Shown here piece by piece: positions 40,693 to 50,939 of a stretch of DNA of 64,000 bases (its first letter is position 1; each line of letters begins with the position of its first letter). The notes beneath the pieces were generated by a model. The model was not told where the DNA came from. It saw nothing but the letters and a program-made list of their open reading frames with translations, and did not search any database. The position numbers were made by a program, and so were the translations under genes. Origin of the DNA: Candidatus Poribacteria bacterium (GTDB lineage Bacteria > Poribacteria > WGA-4E > WGA-3G); NCBI GenBank assembly GCA_965242965.1, contig OZ251518.1, positions 1,792,001 through 1,856,000 on the forward strand, given 5' to 3'.

Positions 40693-41940
40693 ATGCACAC
40701 CGCCAATTTTCGTCCGCTTGACGTGGAAGCCATCCGCGAAGATTTTCCAATCTTCGCGACAGAGCCGCCGTTGGCGTTTTTAGATAGTGCCGCGTCGGCG
40801 CAAACACCGCAGCCGGTCGTCGCGGCGATGGATGCCTATTACGATACGTATCGTTCCAATATCCATCGCGGCGTTTATCGTATCTCCGAGGAGGCGACGG
40901 CGCAATATGAACGTGCCCGTGAGAAGGTGGCGAAGTTAATCAACGCGCCGCGCGCACGTCAAATCGTCTTCACGCGGAACACTACGGAGGCGATTAATCT
41001 CGTCGCATACAGTTGGGGCAGCGCGAACATCGAGGAAGGGGATGAAATCGTCCTCACCGAGATGGAGCACCACAGCAACCTCGTCCCGTGGCAGATGCTG
41101 GCGCAGCGCACCGGTGCGACGCTCCGATTCGTGGAGATAACGGATGAGGGGTTGCTCAACTTTGCGTCGTTCTGCGAACGCTTAAATGAAAAGACGAAGC
41201 TCGTCGCGGTGACGCACGTCTCCAATGTCCTCGGCACGGTGAACCCGTTGCAGTCAATTATCGACGCGGCGCACGCTGTCGGCGCGAAGGTAGTCGTGGA
41301 CGCGGCGCAATCGGTGCCACATTTTCGGGTAGATGTCCAGCAGTTGGACTGCGACTTCCTCGCCTTCTCTGGACATAAAATGTGCGGGCCTACCGGCATC
41401 GGCGTATTATATGGAAAATTGCCGTTGCTGGAAGAGATGCCGCCGTTCCTCGGTGGTGGTTCCATGATTCGCCAGGTGACGCGCGATGTGTCCACTTACG
41501 CCGATGTCCCCGCGAAGTTTGAGGCAGGCACGCCTAGCATCGCCGAAGCGATTGGCCTTGGGCATGCAGTGGATTACATCACGCAGGCGGGATTGGAGGC
41601 AATCCACGTTCACACACAAGAACTCCTGAAATACGCGCACCAACGTCTACAGGAGATTGACGGCCTTGTTTTCTACGGCCCCGAACCGCATCAAAAAGTT
41701 GGGGTGCTCTCCTTTAACTTAGGGGACGTTCATCCGCACGATATCGCTGGGATTTTGGATATGCACGGTGTTGCGCTCCGCGCGGGACATCACTGCGCGC
41801 AGCCGCTGATGGAGAAACTGGATGTCATCGCCACGACGCGCGCCAGTTTCTACCTTTACAACACGCTTGAAGACGTTGAGCGGCTCTACAAAGGGCTCCG
41901 CAAAACACAGGAACTGATGTCCCGGAGACGCAACGGATGA
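40693..41940 (+). CDS. sufS: Cysteine desulfurase SufS
   Basis: EHHSN, SGHKM, RAGHHCA. Confidence 0.97.
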   Translation: MHTANFRPLDVEAIREDFPIFATEPPLAFLDSAASAQTPQPVVAAMDAYYDTYRSNIHRGVYRISEEATAQYERAREKVAKLINAPRARQIVFTRNTTEAINLVAYSWGSANIEEGDEIVLTEMEHHSNLVPWQMLAQRTGATLRFVEITDEGLLNFASFCERLNEKTKLVAVTHVSNVLGTVNPLQSIIDAAHAVGAKVVVDAAQSVPHFRVDVQQLDCDFLAFSGHKMCGPTGIGVLYGKLPLLEEMPPFLGGGSMIRQVTRDVSTYADVPAKFEAGTPSIAEAIGLGHAVDYITQAGLEAIHVHTQELLKYAHQRLQEIDGLVFYGPEPHQKVGVLSFNLGDVHPHDIAGILDMHGVALRAGHHCAQPLMEKLDVIATTRASFYLYNTLEDVERLYKGLRKTQELMSRRRNG

Positions 41941-42329
41941 ACATTTATCAGGAAGAACTACTCGATCACTACGAAAATCCGAGCAACTACGGCACGCTTC
42001 CAAACCCCGATATCTCCCACGAAGAGGATAATCCGTTGTGTGGGGACAGGATTCGGATCGATCTGCTTATTGAAAACGACATCATCAAAGAGGTGCGGTT
42101 CAGTGGACACGGTTGCACCATCAGCCTCGCCGCCGCCTCCATGTTAACAGAAGAGATTGCGGGGAAGCCCCTCGCCGAGGTAAAGCAGCTCTCGCGCGAC
42201 GATATCTTGGATATGATCGGTATTCCGCTAGGGCCCGTGCGGTTAAAATGTGCCTTGTTGCCCCTCAAAGTTCTGAAAGCCGGTGCATACGGCATCACAG
42301 CCTGGCCGGGAGAAGAGGATGTCGCGTAG
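41937..42329 (+). CDS. sufU: SufU/NifU-like sulfur-transfer or scaffold protein
   Basis: NPLCGD, GHGCTIS, RLKCA. Confidence 0.9.
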   Translation: MNIYQEELLDHYENPSNYGTLPNPDISHEEDNPLCGDRIRIDLLIENDIIKEVRFSGHGCTISLAAASMLTEEIAGKPLAEVKQLSRDDILDMIGIPLGPVRLKCALLPLKVLKAGAYGITAWPGEEDVA

Positions 42330-42463
42330 TGGCGCAAAGCCTTCAATTAGGATAATTCGCGCGATAACGTTTGTCTGTGTAACCCGCCAAGCCTGGCAGT
42401 GACTGCCAGCCGTTTGACGTTGTCAACATTGTCAATGTCAATGACTACGTTTTTAGGAAAACT

Positions 42464-42775
42464 ATGCCAGAATTTTACAAAGTAGCGAAAGTGAGTGAGG
42501 TGCCGCCGGGCACCAAAAAACCGGCCGAGGTAGATTTCGTCCCCGTGCTACTCTTCAACGTTGAGGGCGAATTCTATGCGATGGAAGACGTTTGCACGCA
42601 TGACGGCGGACCGCTCGGCGAAGGCTGGTTCAGCGGCGACGAAATTGAATGTCCACGCCACGGGGCGCGGTTTTGCGTCACGACCGGCGAACCTCGCTGC
42701 ATGCCCGCCGTTGAAGCAGTAGAATGTTACGCTGTCAAAGTTGAGGGTGACGATATCCTCGTCAGCGTGGATTAA
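42464..42775 (+). CDS. Rieske-type ferredoxin
   Basis: CTH...CPRHG. Confidence 0.95.
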   Translation: MPEFYKVAKVSEVPPGTKKPAEVDFVPVLLFNVEGEFYAMEDVCTHDGGPLGEGWFSGDEIECPRHGARFCVTTGEPRCMPAVEAVECYAVKVEGDDILVSVD

Positions 42776-42836
42776 CACCCCAACGTAACCGTATGACAGG
42801 GACTTGTCCGTTGTCATGCCAGTTGGAGGAAATAAC

Positions 42837-43136
42837 ATGGTATCCGAAGAATCCGTATTAGAGTCAATCAAGCAAATTATCGACCCGGAAATCGGCATCA
42901 ACATCGTTGACATGGGACTTATCTACGGCGTTGACATCAACGATACGACTGTCGATATCACGATGACCTTGACGAGTCCTGCCTGTCCTGCCGGCGGCCA
43001 AATTGTCAACGGCGCGCAGCACGTCGCGCAACAAATGGACGGCGTTGACGAGGTGAACGTGAGTGTCGTCTGGACACCGCGTTGGAGCATGGAAATGATG
43101 AGCGAGGACGCGAAGGACGAACTCGGCATCTTTTAG
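42837..43136 (+). CDS. DUF59/SufT-like metal-sulfur cluster assembly factor
   Basis: DPEIGINIVDMGL, TLTSPACP. Confidence 0.95.
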   Translation: MVSEESVLESIKQIIDPEIGINIVDMGLIYGVDINDTTVDITMTLTSPACPAGGQIVNGAQHVAQQMDGVDEVNVSVVWTPRWSMEMMSEDAKDELGIF

Positions 43137-43328
43137 GTTTTCGTAGTGGCGCAAGGCGTTCGGATACGTCTTCTGTGCGTACGTCTTCTGTGCAACGACG
43201 CTTTCGTCCTAGCACTGCCCGGTTGCGCCTCTCGCAAGATTGTGAGAGGCGTTCAACGTAAGTTTGCATCCTTGTTGTTGCATGCCGCGTGCCTAGTGCC
43301 CAGTTTTTCTACCGATGCAATGTTAGCA

Positions 43329-43697
43329 ATGCCCAGCAAACAGCCCAAAACCCTCAAGAAGCATGACACTGCCTTCCAGATTGTATGGAAGGACGCGCAC
43401 GTCAGTTGGTATCCGTATCCTTACCTGCGGCAGATGTGCCCGTGCGCCGAATGCGCTATCATCAGGCATAGGGGACAAGATATCCATTCCCTCTTTTCGC
43501 CGCAAGGTGATGGCGATGTAACGCTAATTGAGGTGAGAGCCGATATTCAGCCGTTGGATATCCAACTCGTCGGCCGCTATGCGCTTCAATTCAGTTGGAA
43601 CGATGGACACGCTTCCGGCATTTATCCGTTTGACGTGCTGCGCGAGATTTGTCCGTGTCCCGACTGCGCCCCTCAGGCATCATCAAACTCATCGTAG
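43329..43697 (+). CDS. DUF971 (GBBH-N-like) Zn-binding protein
   Basis: LRQMCPCAEC, VGRYAL..W.DGH.SGIY. Confidence 0.9.
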   Translation: MPSKQPKTLKKHDTAFQIVWKDAHVSWYPYPYLRQMCPCAECAIIRHRGQDIHSLFSPQGDGDVTLIEVRADIQPLDIQLVGRYALQFSWNDGHASGIYPFDVLREICPCPDCAPQASSNSS

Positions 43698-43740
43698 CGC
43701 GGGGGCCTGTCCCCTGTCCTGCCTAAGGAAAATCCGACAA

Positions 43741-44073
43741 ATGCAAACACCACAGTTACCCGAAATTTCCCCCCGCGCCCTTAAGCAGCAGCTTGACGAA
43801 AACAAATCCGTGCTGTTGCTTGACGTGCGCGAGCCGCACGAGTATGACATCGTGCATCTTGAGGGGGCGCGTCTCATCCCGCTCAACGAACTGCCGCACA
43901 ACGTGGATAGCCTCGCGCCGACGCAAGAAACCGTTGTCTATTGCCACCACGGCACGCGCAGCCTGTATGCCACCGCTTTTTTGCTCCAGAACGGATTTGA
44001 CAACGTCAAAAACCTTGAAGGCGGTATTGACAGATGGGCACTTGAGATTGATTCAACGATGAATAGATACTAA
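43741..44073 (+). CDS. Rhodanese-like sulfurtransferase
   Basis: LLDVREPHE, CHHGTRS, LEGGIDRW; AAGGA RBS. Confidence 0.92.
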   Translation: MQTPQLPEISPRALKQQLDENKSVLLLDVREPHEYDIVHLEGARLIPLNELPHNVDSLAPTQETVVYCHHGTRSLYATAFLLQNGFDNVKNLEGGIDRWALEIDSTMNRY

Positions 44074-44076
44074 GCA

Positions 44077-44496
44077 GTAGGAGAGCCTTCCTGGTCTTGA
44101 AGCAACCTCCCCGTAGGAGAGACCTCCCGGTCTCGATGCAATAGGGCCCCTTTCTCGTAGGGCGAGGGCCTGTCCCTCGCCATCGTCCGCGCAAGCCAAC
44201 GCTCGCGGGGGACAGGCCCCCGCGCTACGGGAAAAAACGGTTCTTAGGTCCGTAGGACCTTAATGTCTATAGCACGCTCACCAGCGAAGAATCCTAAGGT
44301 CCTTTAGGTCCTTAATGTGTTTTGCCAGGTCTGCGCGTGTTTTTATTAAGGACCTAAAGGACCTTGACATGGGCTTAACACGTTTTTCTATAGACATGTA
44401 GGTCCTAAAGGACCTAAGACAGCATCTTGCCGATGGCCAACGCGGGGGCTTGTCCCCCGCGCTACGGGAACATCGAGATCAGGAGGTCTCTCCTAC
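44077..44496. repeat. REP mosaic containing a four-palindrome element (44246-44415)
   Basis: Same repeat families as elsewhere in the window. Confidence 0.9.
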
Positions 44497-44517
44497 CGGG
44501 GAAAAGGAGAATTAACA

Positions 44518-45975
44518 ATGCGAATCATGCCTGAATTGAATAGCCTCCACTACGGCGATAACCTCCACATCATGCGCACATGGCGCGACGGATGGGTGGA
44601 CATCGCTTACGCCGATCCGCCGTTTAACAGCAAGGCGAACTATAACCAACTCTATCGTGTTGAAACCGATACCAAGAGCGGAAATCCCCGCTCCGCCTCC
44701 CTCAAAGCGTTTGAGGATACATGGACATGGGGCGCACCCGCAGTTGAACGCGTGCAACGCATTACAAATGCCCCGGCACATCCCGCCTATAAAGCCATCA
44801 CCGCGCTTCATATCCTCCTCGGAGACAGCGGCATGATGGCGTATCTGAGTTATATGGCGGAACGCCTTGTTGAAATCCACCGCCTCCTCAAACCCACGGG
44901 GAGTCTCTATCTCCATTGTGATAACACCGCGGGAGCGCATCTCCAGATTTTGTTGGATGACATCTTCGGGCCCAAGCAGTTTCGGAATGCGATTCGGTGG
45001 TGCTATTCTAACAGCGGCCGTTCAAAACGGTTTTTCGTCAAGAAGCACGATACTGTCTTCCTCTATACCAAAACCGACGCGGCGTATTGGGGAGATTACC
45101 GGATACCGATTAGCGACGAATATCTGGAAAGTCATTATCGGCATGTTGACGAACAAGGACGCAGATGCCGCGTTCGCGTTGACGCTGGGCAAACGCGAGT
45201 CTACTATCCCGAAGAGGGAATGACGTGCAACGATTGGTGGACAGATATTCCTTCCCTGAATTCTGTCGCGAAGGAGCGGCTGGGATATCCGACACAGAAG
45301 CCGGTCGCGTTGCTGGAACGCATCATTGCGGCTTCGTCGAGAGAAGGCGACATTGTGCTGGATCCGTTTTGTGGCTGCGGCACGACAGTCGTCGCCGCGG
45401 ATACCCTGAAGCGGCAGTGGGTTGGCGTGGACATCAACCCGATCGCGCTGGATATTATCAAAACGCATCGGTTTCCGGGACGCGACATTCCGATAACAGG
45501 TATCCCTGCGGATTTTGCGAGTGCGGAACGGCTAGCGCAGGAGAATCGTCGTCATTTTGAGATATGGGCTATCGGCTGTGTGCCGGGCCTCGCGCCGAAC
45601 GAGCGCGGCGGTGCCGACGGTGGGATTGACGGTGTCGGTAACACCGTCGAGAAACCGGCGGCTGGATTCAAACCGTTGGTGCTTGCGCAAGTGAAGAGCG
45701 GCAAGTTTTCGCTGAGTCATCTCCGTGATTTTCTGCACGTGATAGAACGCGAAAAGGCCGCCCTGGGGATTTACCTGACGCTGTTTCCGGTGACATCTCC
45801 TAGCGCGGCGGCAGAGATAGCCAACAAAGGCACAGTTGTTATCGGCACGGAGACGTTTCCGCGCGTGCAATGCTATTCAATGTCGGAGCATTTTGATGGG
45901 CAGCGTGGCAGGTTGCAGTTGCCGCAGTTGACAGATCCGTATACGGGAAAACCGTTGCAAAATCTGTTGTGGTAG
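44518..45975 (+). CDS. Beta-class N6-A/N4-C DNA methyltransferase fused to an Mrr-like PD-(D/E)XK domain
   Basis: DPPFN, YPTQKP, DPFCGCGTT; C-terminal DGGIDG...QVKSG. Confidence 0.9.
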   Translation: MRIMPELNSLHYGDNLHIMRTWRDGWVDIAYADPPFNSKANYNQLYRVETDTKSGNPRSASLKAFEDTWTWGAPAVERVQRITNAPAHPAYKAITALHILLGDSGMMAYLSYMAERLVEIHRLLKPTGSLYLHCDNTAGAHLQILLDDIFGPKQFRNAIRWCYSNSGRSKRFFVKKHDTVFLYTKTDAAYWGDYRIPISDEYLESHYRHVDEQGRRCRVRVDAGQTRVYYPEEGMTCNDWWTDIPSLNSVAKERLGYPTQKPVALLERIIAASSREGDIVLDPFCGCGTTVVAADTLKRQWVGVDINPIALDIIKTHRFPGRDIPITGIPADFASAERLAQENRRHFEIWAIGCVPGLAPNERGGADGGIDGVGNTVEKPAAGFKPLVLAQVKSGKFSLSHLRDFLHVIEREKAALGIYLTLFPVTSPSAAAEIANKGTVVIGTETFPRVQCYSMSEHFDGQRGRLQLPQLTDPYTGKPLQNLLW

Positions 45976-45997
45976 TCGCTGAGATCCAATTCAACCG

Positions 45998-46866
45998 GTA
46001 GGAGAGATCTCCTGGTCTCGATGTTGTTATCGGGACAAGGATGTCCCTCCTACCAGAAGCGATGCCCCGTAGGCGAGACCTCCTGGTCTCGATGCAATAG
46101 GGCCCCTTCATCGTAGGGCGAGGGCCTGTCCCTCGCCGTGCCTCGATCAGAACGAGAAACGGCCTTGGGCGGCGGGTGGTTTTCGCGCGGGTCGGGCGCT
46201 CGCGGGGGACAGGCCCCCGCGCTACGGGCCCGGAAAGGGTTCTCCTCGCTATGCCCCGTTCGGGATCAGGCGATCCCGAACTACAGTCTCCTCAAGGTCT
46301 GTAAGACCTTAATGTCTATAGTTCGCGCAGACCGCCAAGTCCTCAAGGTCCTTTAGGACCTTAATGTTTTCTGCGGCGGTGCATCTGCTGCCTATTAAGG
46401 ACCTAAAGGACCTTAGCGTTTTTTTCGGTCGGCGGGTGACTATAGACATGCAGGACCTAAAGGACCTGAAGAGATGTTTTCATGGGTGCGCTCGCGGGGG
46501 ACAGGCCCCCGCGCTACGGTTTGCCATGCCGCCTTCTTTCACCGTAGGGCTTGGGCCCTCGGATGCCACACGCGCAGGCGAGCGGGTTTCCCTCGCCGTG
46601 CCTCGGTCAGCACGGGAAACGGCCTTGGATGGCGGGTGGTTTTCGCGCAGATCGAGCACTCGCGGGGGACAGGCCCCCGCGCTACGGTGAAAAAACGGCA
46701 CGTCACCGTAGGGCGAGGGCCTGTCCCTCGCCGTGCCTCGGTCAGCACGGGAAACGGCCTTGGATGGCGGGTGGTTTTCGCGCAGGTCGAGCGATCGCGG
46801 GGGACAGGCCCCCGCACTACGATGAAGGGGCCCCTATTGCATCGAGACCGGGAGGTCTCTCCTACC
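45998..46866. repeat. Large REP mosaic containing a four-palindrome element (46295-46467)
   Basis: Modules also found at 48570-49425. Confidence 0.9.
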
Positions 46867-46950
46867 GGAAAAAACGAGAACAGTTGCATTTTTACGGAAC
46901 TTCTGCGATACTCTACCCCATCACAAACAGGAACCGATAGGAGTTGCAAC

Positions 46951-48474
46951 ATGAAACGATTGACGATACTGCTCATAAGTTACGCGCTGTTTTGCACACA
47001 ACCCTTCGCGCGCGCAGAGGTGACATTGCCGAACATTTTCGGCGATAACATGGTGCTGCAACGCGACATGCCTGTCCCAATCTGGGGATGGGCAGCCGCA
47101 GGTGAAGAAGTTGCAGTCACGCTGAAAGACACTGGCCACACCGCGAAGACGACAGCAGACGCGAAAGGGAATTGGCAGGCAAAACTGCCAGCCATGTCAG
47201 CCGGTGGGCCCTATACCCTGCACATCGCCGCCAGCAATACGTTTGAATTGACGAACGTGATGTTCGGCGAAGTGTGGATATGTTCTGGGCAATCAAACAT
47301 GGAATGGCCGGTGCGTGCTTCCAAGGATAGCGAGGCAGAAATCGCAGCGGCGGATTATCCAATGATTCGGCTGTTCAATGTGCCACACAAAGCCTCCGGC
47401 TTGTTGATGCCTGATGTTGAGGCAGAATGGCATCCTACCACACCGGAAACTATCAAAAACTTCTCCGCTGTCGCCTATACTTTTGGACGGAAACTTTACA
47501 AAAACCTCGATGTGCCTATCGGGTTAATCAACACATCGTGGGGTGGCACGCGCATCGAGCCGTGGACACCCCCGGTAGGTTTCAATTCGGTGCCTGCGCT
47601 GGAATCTATTTCCAAGGAACTCCAAGATACTCACGCGAGATATCGGGCTGAACTTCCAGAGAAAATGGCGCAGATTGAAGCCTGGATAGCGGAAGCGCGC
47701 AAGGCTTTGGAGACAGGCGAAGCCATCACGCCGATGCCGGACAATCGACATCCGTTAACGCATTACGCCCGGCCGACAGGGCTTTACAACGGGATGGTGC
47801 ATCCGCTCGTCCCCTTTGCGATGCGCGGCGCGATCTGGTATCAAGGCGAATCCAACTTGAGAGACAGAATGCTCTACCACGAAAAAATGAAGGCACTCAT
47901 CAACGGGTGGCGCGCGGTTTGGAAACAAGGCGACTTTCCTTTCTATTTCGTCCAACTCGCTCCGTTCACCTACGGCGGAGGTGCCAGTCCCTACTTCCTG
48001 CCAGAAATCTGGGAGGCACAAACGGCGACGTTATCGGTGCCGAATACCGGCATGGCGGTAACAACCGATATCGGTAATTTGCGAGACATCCACCCGCGTA
48101 ATAAGCAGGAAGTCGGCAGACGACTCGCGCTGTGGGCACTTGCCAAGACTTACGGCAGAGAAGACGTTACCTATTCCGGCCCGCTTTACAAATCAATGGA
48201 AGTCGATAGGAACACCGTCCGCATCAGTTTTGATTTTATCGGCGGCGGCTTGATGGCGCGCGATGCCGAACCTCTCACATGGTTTGAGATTGCCGGCGAG
48301 GATAAAAACTTCGTCACAGCCGATGCGACGATTGAGGGAGACACCGTCGTCGTTTGGTGTGACGCGGTGGCTCAGCCTGTCGCTGTTCGATTCGGCTGGC
48401 ATCAAACGGCAGAACCGAATCTGATAAACAAGGCAGGGTTACCAGCCTCGCCGTTTCGGACGCATCCGTGGTAG
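46951..48474 (+). CDS. Sialate O-acetylesterase (SASA/SGNH family)
   Basis: Signal peptide; CSGQSNM, WYQGESN, DIHPRNK, GLPASPFRT. Confidence 0.93.
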   Translation: MKRLTILLISYALFCTQPFARAEVTLPNIFGDNMVLQRDMPVPIWGWAAAGEEVAVTLKDTGHTAKTTADAKGNWQAKLPAMSAGGPYTLHIAASNTFELTNVMFGEVWICSGQSNMEWPVRASKDSEAEIAAADYPMIRLFNVPHKASGLLMPDVEAEWHPTTPETIKNFSAVAYTFGRKLYKNLDVPIGLINTSWGGTRIEPWTPPVGFNSVPALESISKELQDTHARYRAELPEKMAQIEAWIAEARKALETGEAITPMPDNRHPLTHYARPTGLYNGMVHPLVPFAMRGAIWYQGESNLRDRMLYHEKMKALINGWRAVWKQGDFPFYFVQLAPFTYGGGASPYFLPEIWEAQTATLSVPNTGMAVTTDIGNLRDIHPRNKQEVGRRLALWALAKTYGREDVTYSGPLYKSMEVDRNTVRISFDFIGGGLMARDAEPLTWFEIAGEDKNFVTADATIEGDTVVVWCDAVAQPVAVRFGWHQTAEPNLINKAGLPASPFRTHPW

Positions 48475-48477
48475 TCA

Positions 48478-49423
48478 TCGTAGGGAGGGCCCTCGCATGC
48501 CCTGGGGCACGCGGGCGATCGCGGGGGACAGGCCCCCGCGCTACGGTAGGTGAGGCCGTCTCCGTTTCACCGTAGGGCGAGGGCCTGTCCCTCGCCATGC
48601 CTCGATCGGAACGGAAACGGCGTTGATCGGCGTGCGGTTTTTGCCCGGGTCGAGCACTCGCGGGGGACAGGCCCCCGCGCTACGGGCCCGGAAAGGGTTC
48701 TCCTCGCTATGCGCCGTTCGGGAGCAGGCACTCCCGAACTACAGTCGCCTCAAGGTCCGTAAGACCTTAATGTCTATAGCACGCGCGGATGCAATACCCC
48801 TCAAGGTCCGTAGGACCTTAATGTTTTCCTGCTGCGATGCGGCTGCTGCAGATTAAGGACCTAAAGGACCTTAGTTTTTTCGGTCGGGATTACTATAGAC
48901 ATGCAGGACCTAAAGGACCTAAAGAGATGTTTTCACGGGGGCGATCGCGGGGGCCTGTCCCCCGCGCTACGATGAAAAAACGTGCCGATTACCGTAGGGC
49001 GAGGGCCTGTCCCTCGCCGTGCCTCGGTTGAGGAAACGGCCTTGGCTGGCTGGCGGTTTTCGCTGCAGGTCGGGCGATCACGGGGGACAGGCCCCCGCGC
49101 TACGGGCCAGGAAGGGTTCTCCTCGCCATGCCCCGTTCGGGATCAGGCGATCCCGAACTACAGTCTCTCTTAGGTCCGTAGGACCTTAATGTCTATAGCA
49201 CGCCGATGCGGTACCTCTCAAGGTCCGTAGGACCTTAATGTTTTCCGGCGTTGTGTCTGTTGTCTATTAAGGACCTAAAGGACCTTAGTGTTTTTTTTCG
49301 GTCGAGGGTGCTATAGACATGCAGGTCCTAACGGACCTGAAGAGATGAGAGATCGCGGGGGCCTGTCCCCCGCGCTACGATAAAAACGCCCCTCACCGTA
49401 GGGCGAGGGCCTGTCCCTCGCCA
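48478..49423. repeat. REP mosaic with a ~420-bp tandem module and two four-palindrome elements (48753-48920, 49172-49338)
   Basis: Two sequential copies of the same module order. Confidence 0.9.
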
Positions 49424-49465
49424 AGCAACTCAGGATAACCTTTACGCATTGGGAATAACAAAAAA

Positions 49466-50608
49466 ATGAAAATTACCGCTATCAAAACCTTTATGGCGCG
49501 CTTCGGGAATCGTCCGCGGGGGCTTATCAAGGTTGAAACTGATGAGGGACTTTATGGCTGGGGCGAGGCATATTCCACAGGTCCCGATCTTTCCGTCGCG
49601 CCCATCGCCGACTACATCTTTGAAATGATTCAAGGCGATGACCCGAGGCGCATCGAGTATATCATGCTGAAACTGCATCAGCAGTTCCGTTTTCCACCGG
49701 GTGGTGCCGGGCTCGCCGTTATTTCCGCCGTAGATCACGCGCTGTGGGATATCAGCGGGAAGGCGGCGGGATTGCCAGTCTACATGCTCCTCGGTGGCCA
49801 TGCCCGCGACAGGGTGCGCGTCTACCGGAGCATCGGCGGCAGAGACGGCATTGAAGCAGCAGACCAGGCGCGCAAACTGAACGAAGAATGGGGATTCACC
49901 GCCTTTAAGACGAGCCCTTATCAACTCAATCCGGATGCAGACAGATGGGGGCGCGTTTGCGCAGCAGCGGCGAACTATTTTGAGGAACTCCGAGACTGCA
50001 CGCCTGATGATTGGGAGTTCGCGTTCGATCCGCATGCGAAAATCTTCGAGCCGATCCGTGCGTTGCAGCTTGCCAACGCGCTTGCACCGTATGACCCCTA
50101 TTTTTACGAGGAGCCGCTCCGTCCCGAACATATACCGGCATGGAAACGGCTGAGGGAACAGATGCAGGTGCCGCTCGCCACCGGCGAATCGCTCTACACC
50201 CGCTTTGAATTTCTCTCTCTGATTGCAGCGCAGGGTGCAGACATTATCCAACCCGATGTTTGCGTGTGTGGCGGATTGCTAGAGATGCGCAAAATCGCCG
50301 CAATCGCCGAGGCACACTATGTCAGCGTCGCGCCGCACAACCCCATGGGACCACTGGCGACAGCCGTCAACGTCCATTTTGCCGCAGCAACGCCGAACTT
50401 CAAAATCCTCGAATACCTTCTGCCGACAGAAACGGAATGGAACGCGTGGGTAGATGAACCCTATCTGCCGAAAGATGGATATTTGGAACTGCGCGAGCGG
50501 CCGGGGCTCGGCGTAGAGATAAACGAATCGGCGATTACAGACAACGAGTATATCCATTGGCAGCGGACATGTCCAATTCGGCCCGATGGTTCAACTGGGT
50601 ATATTTAG
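49466..50608 (+). CDS. Mandelate racemase/enolase superfamily acid-sugar dehydratase (DgoD-like)
   Basis: ALWDISGK, DPH, EEP, TGE, QPD, PHN. Confidence 0.92.
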   Translation: MKITAIKTFMARFGNRPRGLIKVETDEGLYGWGEAYSTGPDLSVAPIADYIFEMIQGDDPRRIEYIMLKLHQQFRFPPGGAGLAVISAVDHALWDISGKAAGLPVYMLLGGHARDRVRVYRSIGGRDGIEAADQARKLNEEWGFTAFKTSPYQLNPDADRWGRVCAAAANYFEELRDCTPDDWEFAFDPHAKIFEPIRALQLANALAPYDPYFYEEPLRPEHIPAWKRLREQMQVPLATGESLYTRFEFLSLIAAQGADIIQPDVCVCGGLLEMRKIAAIAEAHYVSVAPHNPMGPLATAVNVHFAAATPNFKILEYLLPTETEWNAWVDEPYLPKDGYLELRERPGLGVEINESAITDNEYIHWQRTCPIRPDGSTGYI

Positions 50609-50637
50609 GTTAATCGGTCTCTCCCACTCCCTCCCCG

Positions 50638-50926
50638 GTAGGCGCGACCTCCTGGTCTCGATGTTCCCGTAGCGCGGGGGCCTGTCCCCCGCGATCGTTG
50701 GATTGCGCCGACGATGGCGAGGGACAGGCCCTCGCCCTACGGTGAAGGGGAAGCGTTTTTTTTCATCGTAGCGCGGGGGCCTGTCCCCCGCGATCTCCAT
50801 CGTCATGATGTGTGTTTCCCATGCTGTAGTTTGTGATCGCCCGATCACAAACGGGACCCGATGCCCTCCCCGGTAGGCGCGACCTCCCGGTCTCGATGCA
50901 ATAGGACAAACCTCCCAGTCCCGATG
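50638..50926. repeat. REP mosaic
   Basis: Shares modules with 35638-35993. Confidence 0.85.
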
Positions 50927-50939
50927 CAAACAGAAAACA

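Noticed and set aside
43155-43190. 15-bp tandem repeat TACGTCTTCTGTGC and TGTCAA repeats at 42415-42445
   Set aside because: Few copies and no recurrence elsewhere in the window; no function supportable.
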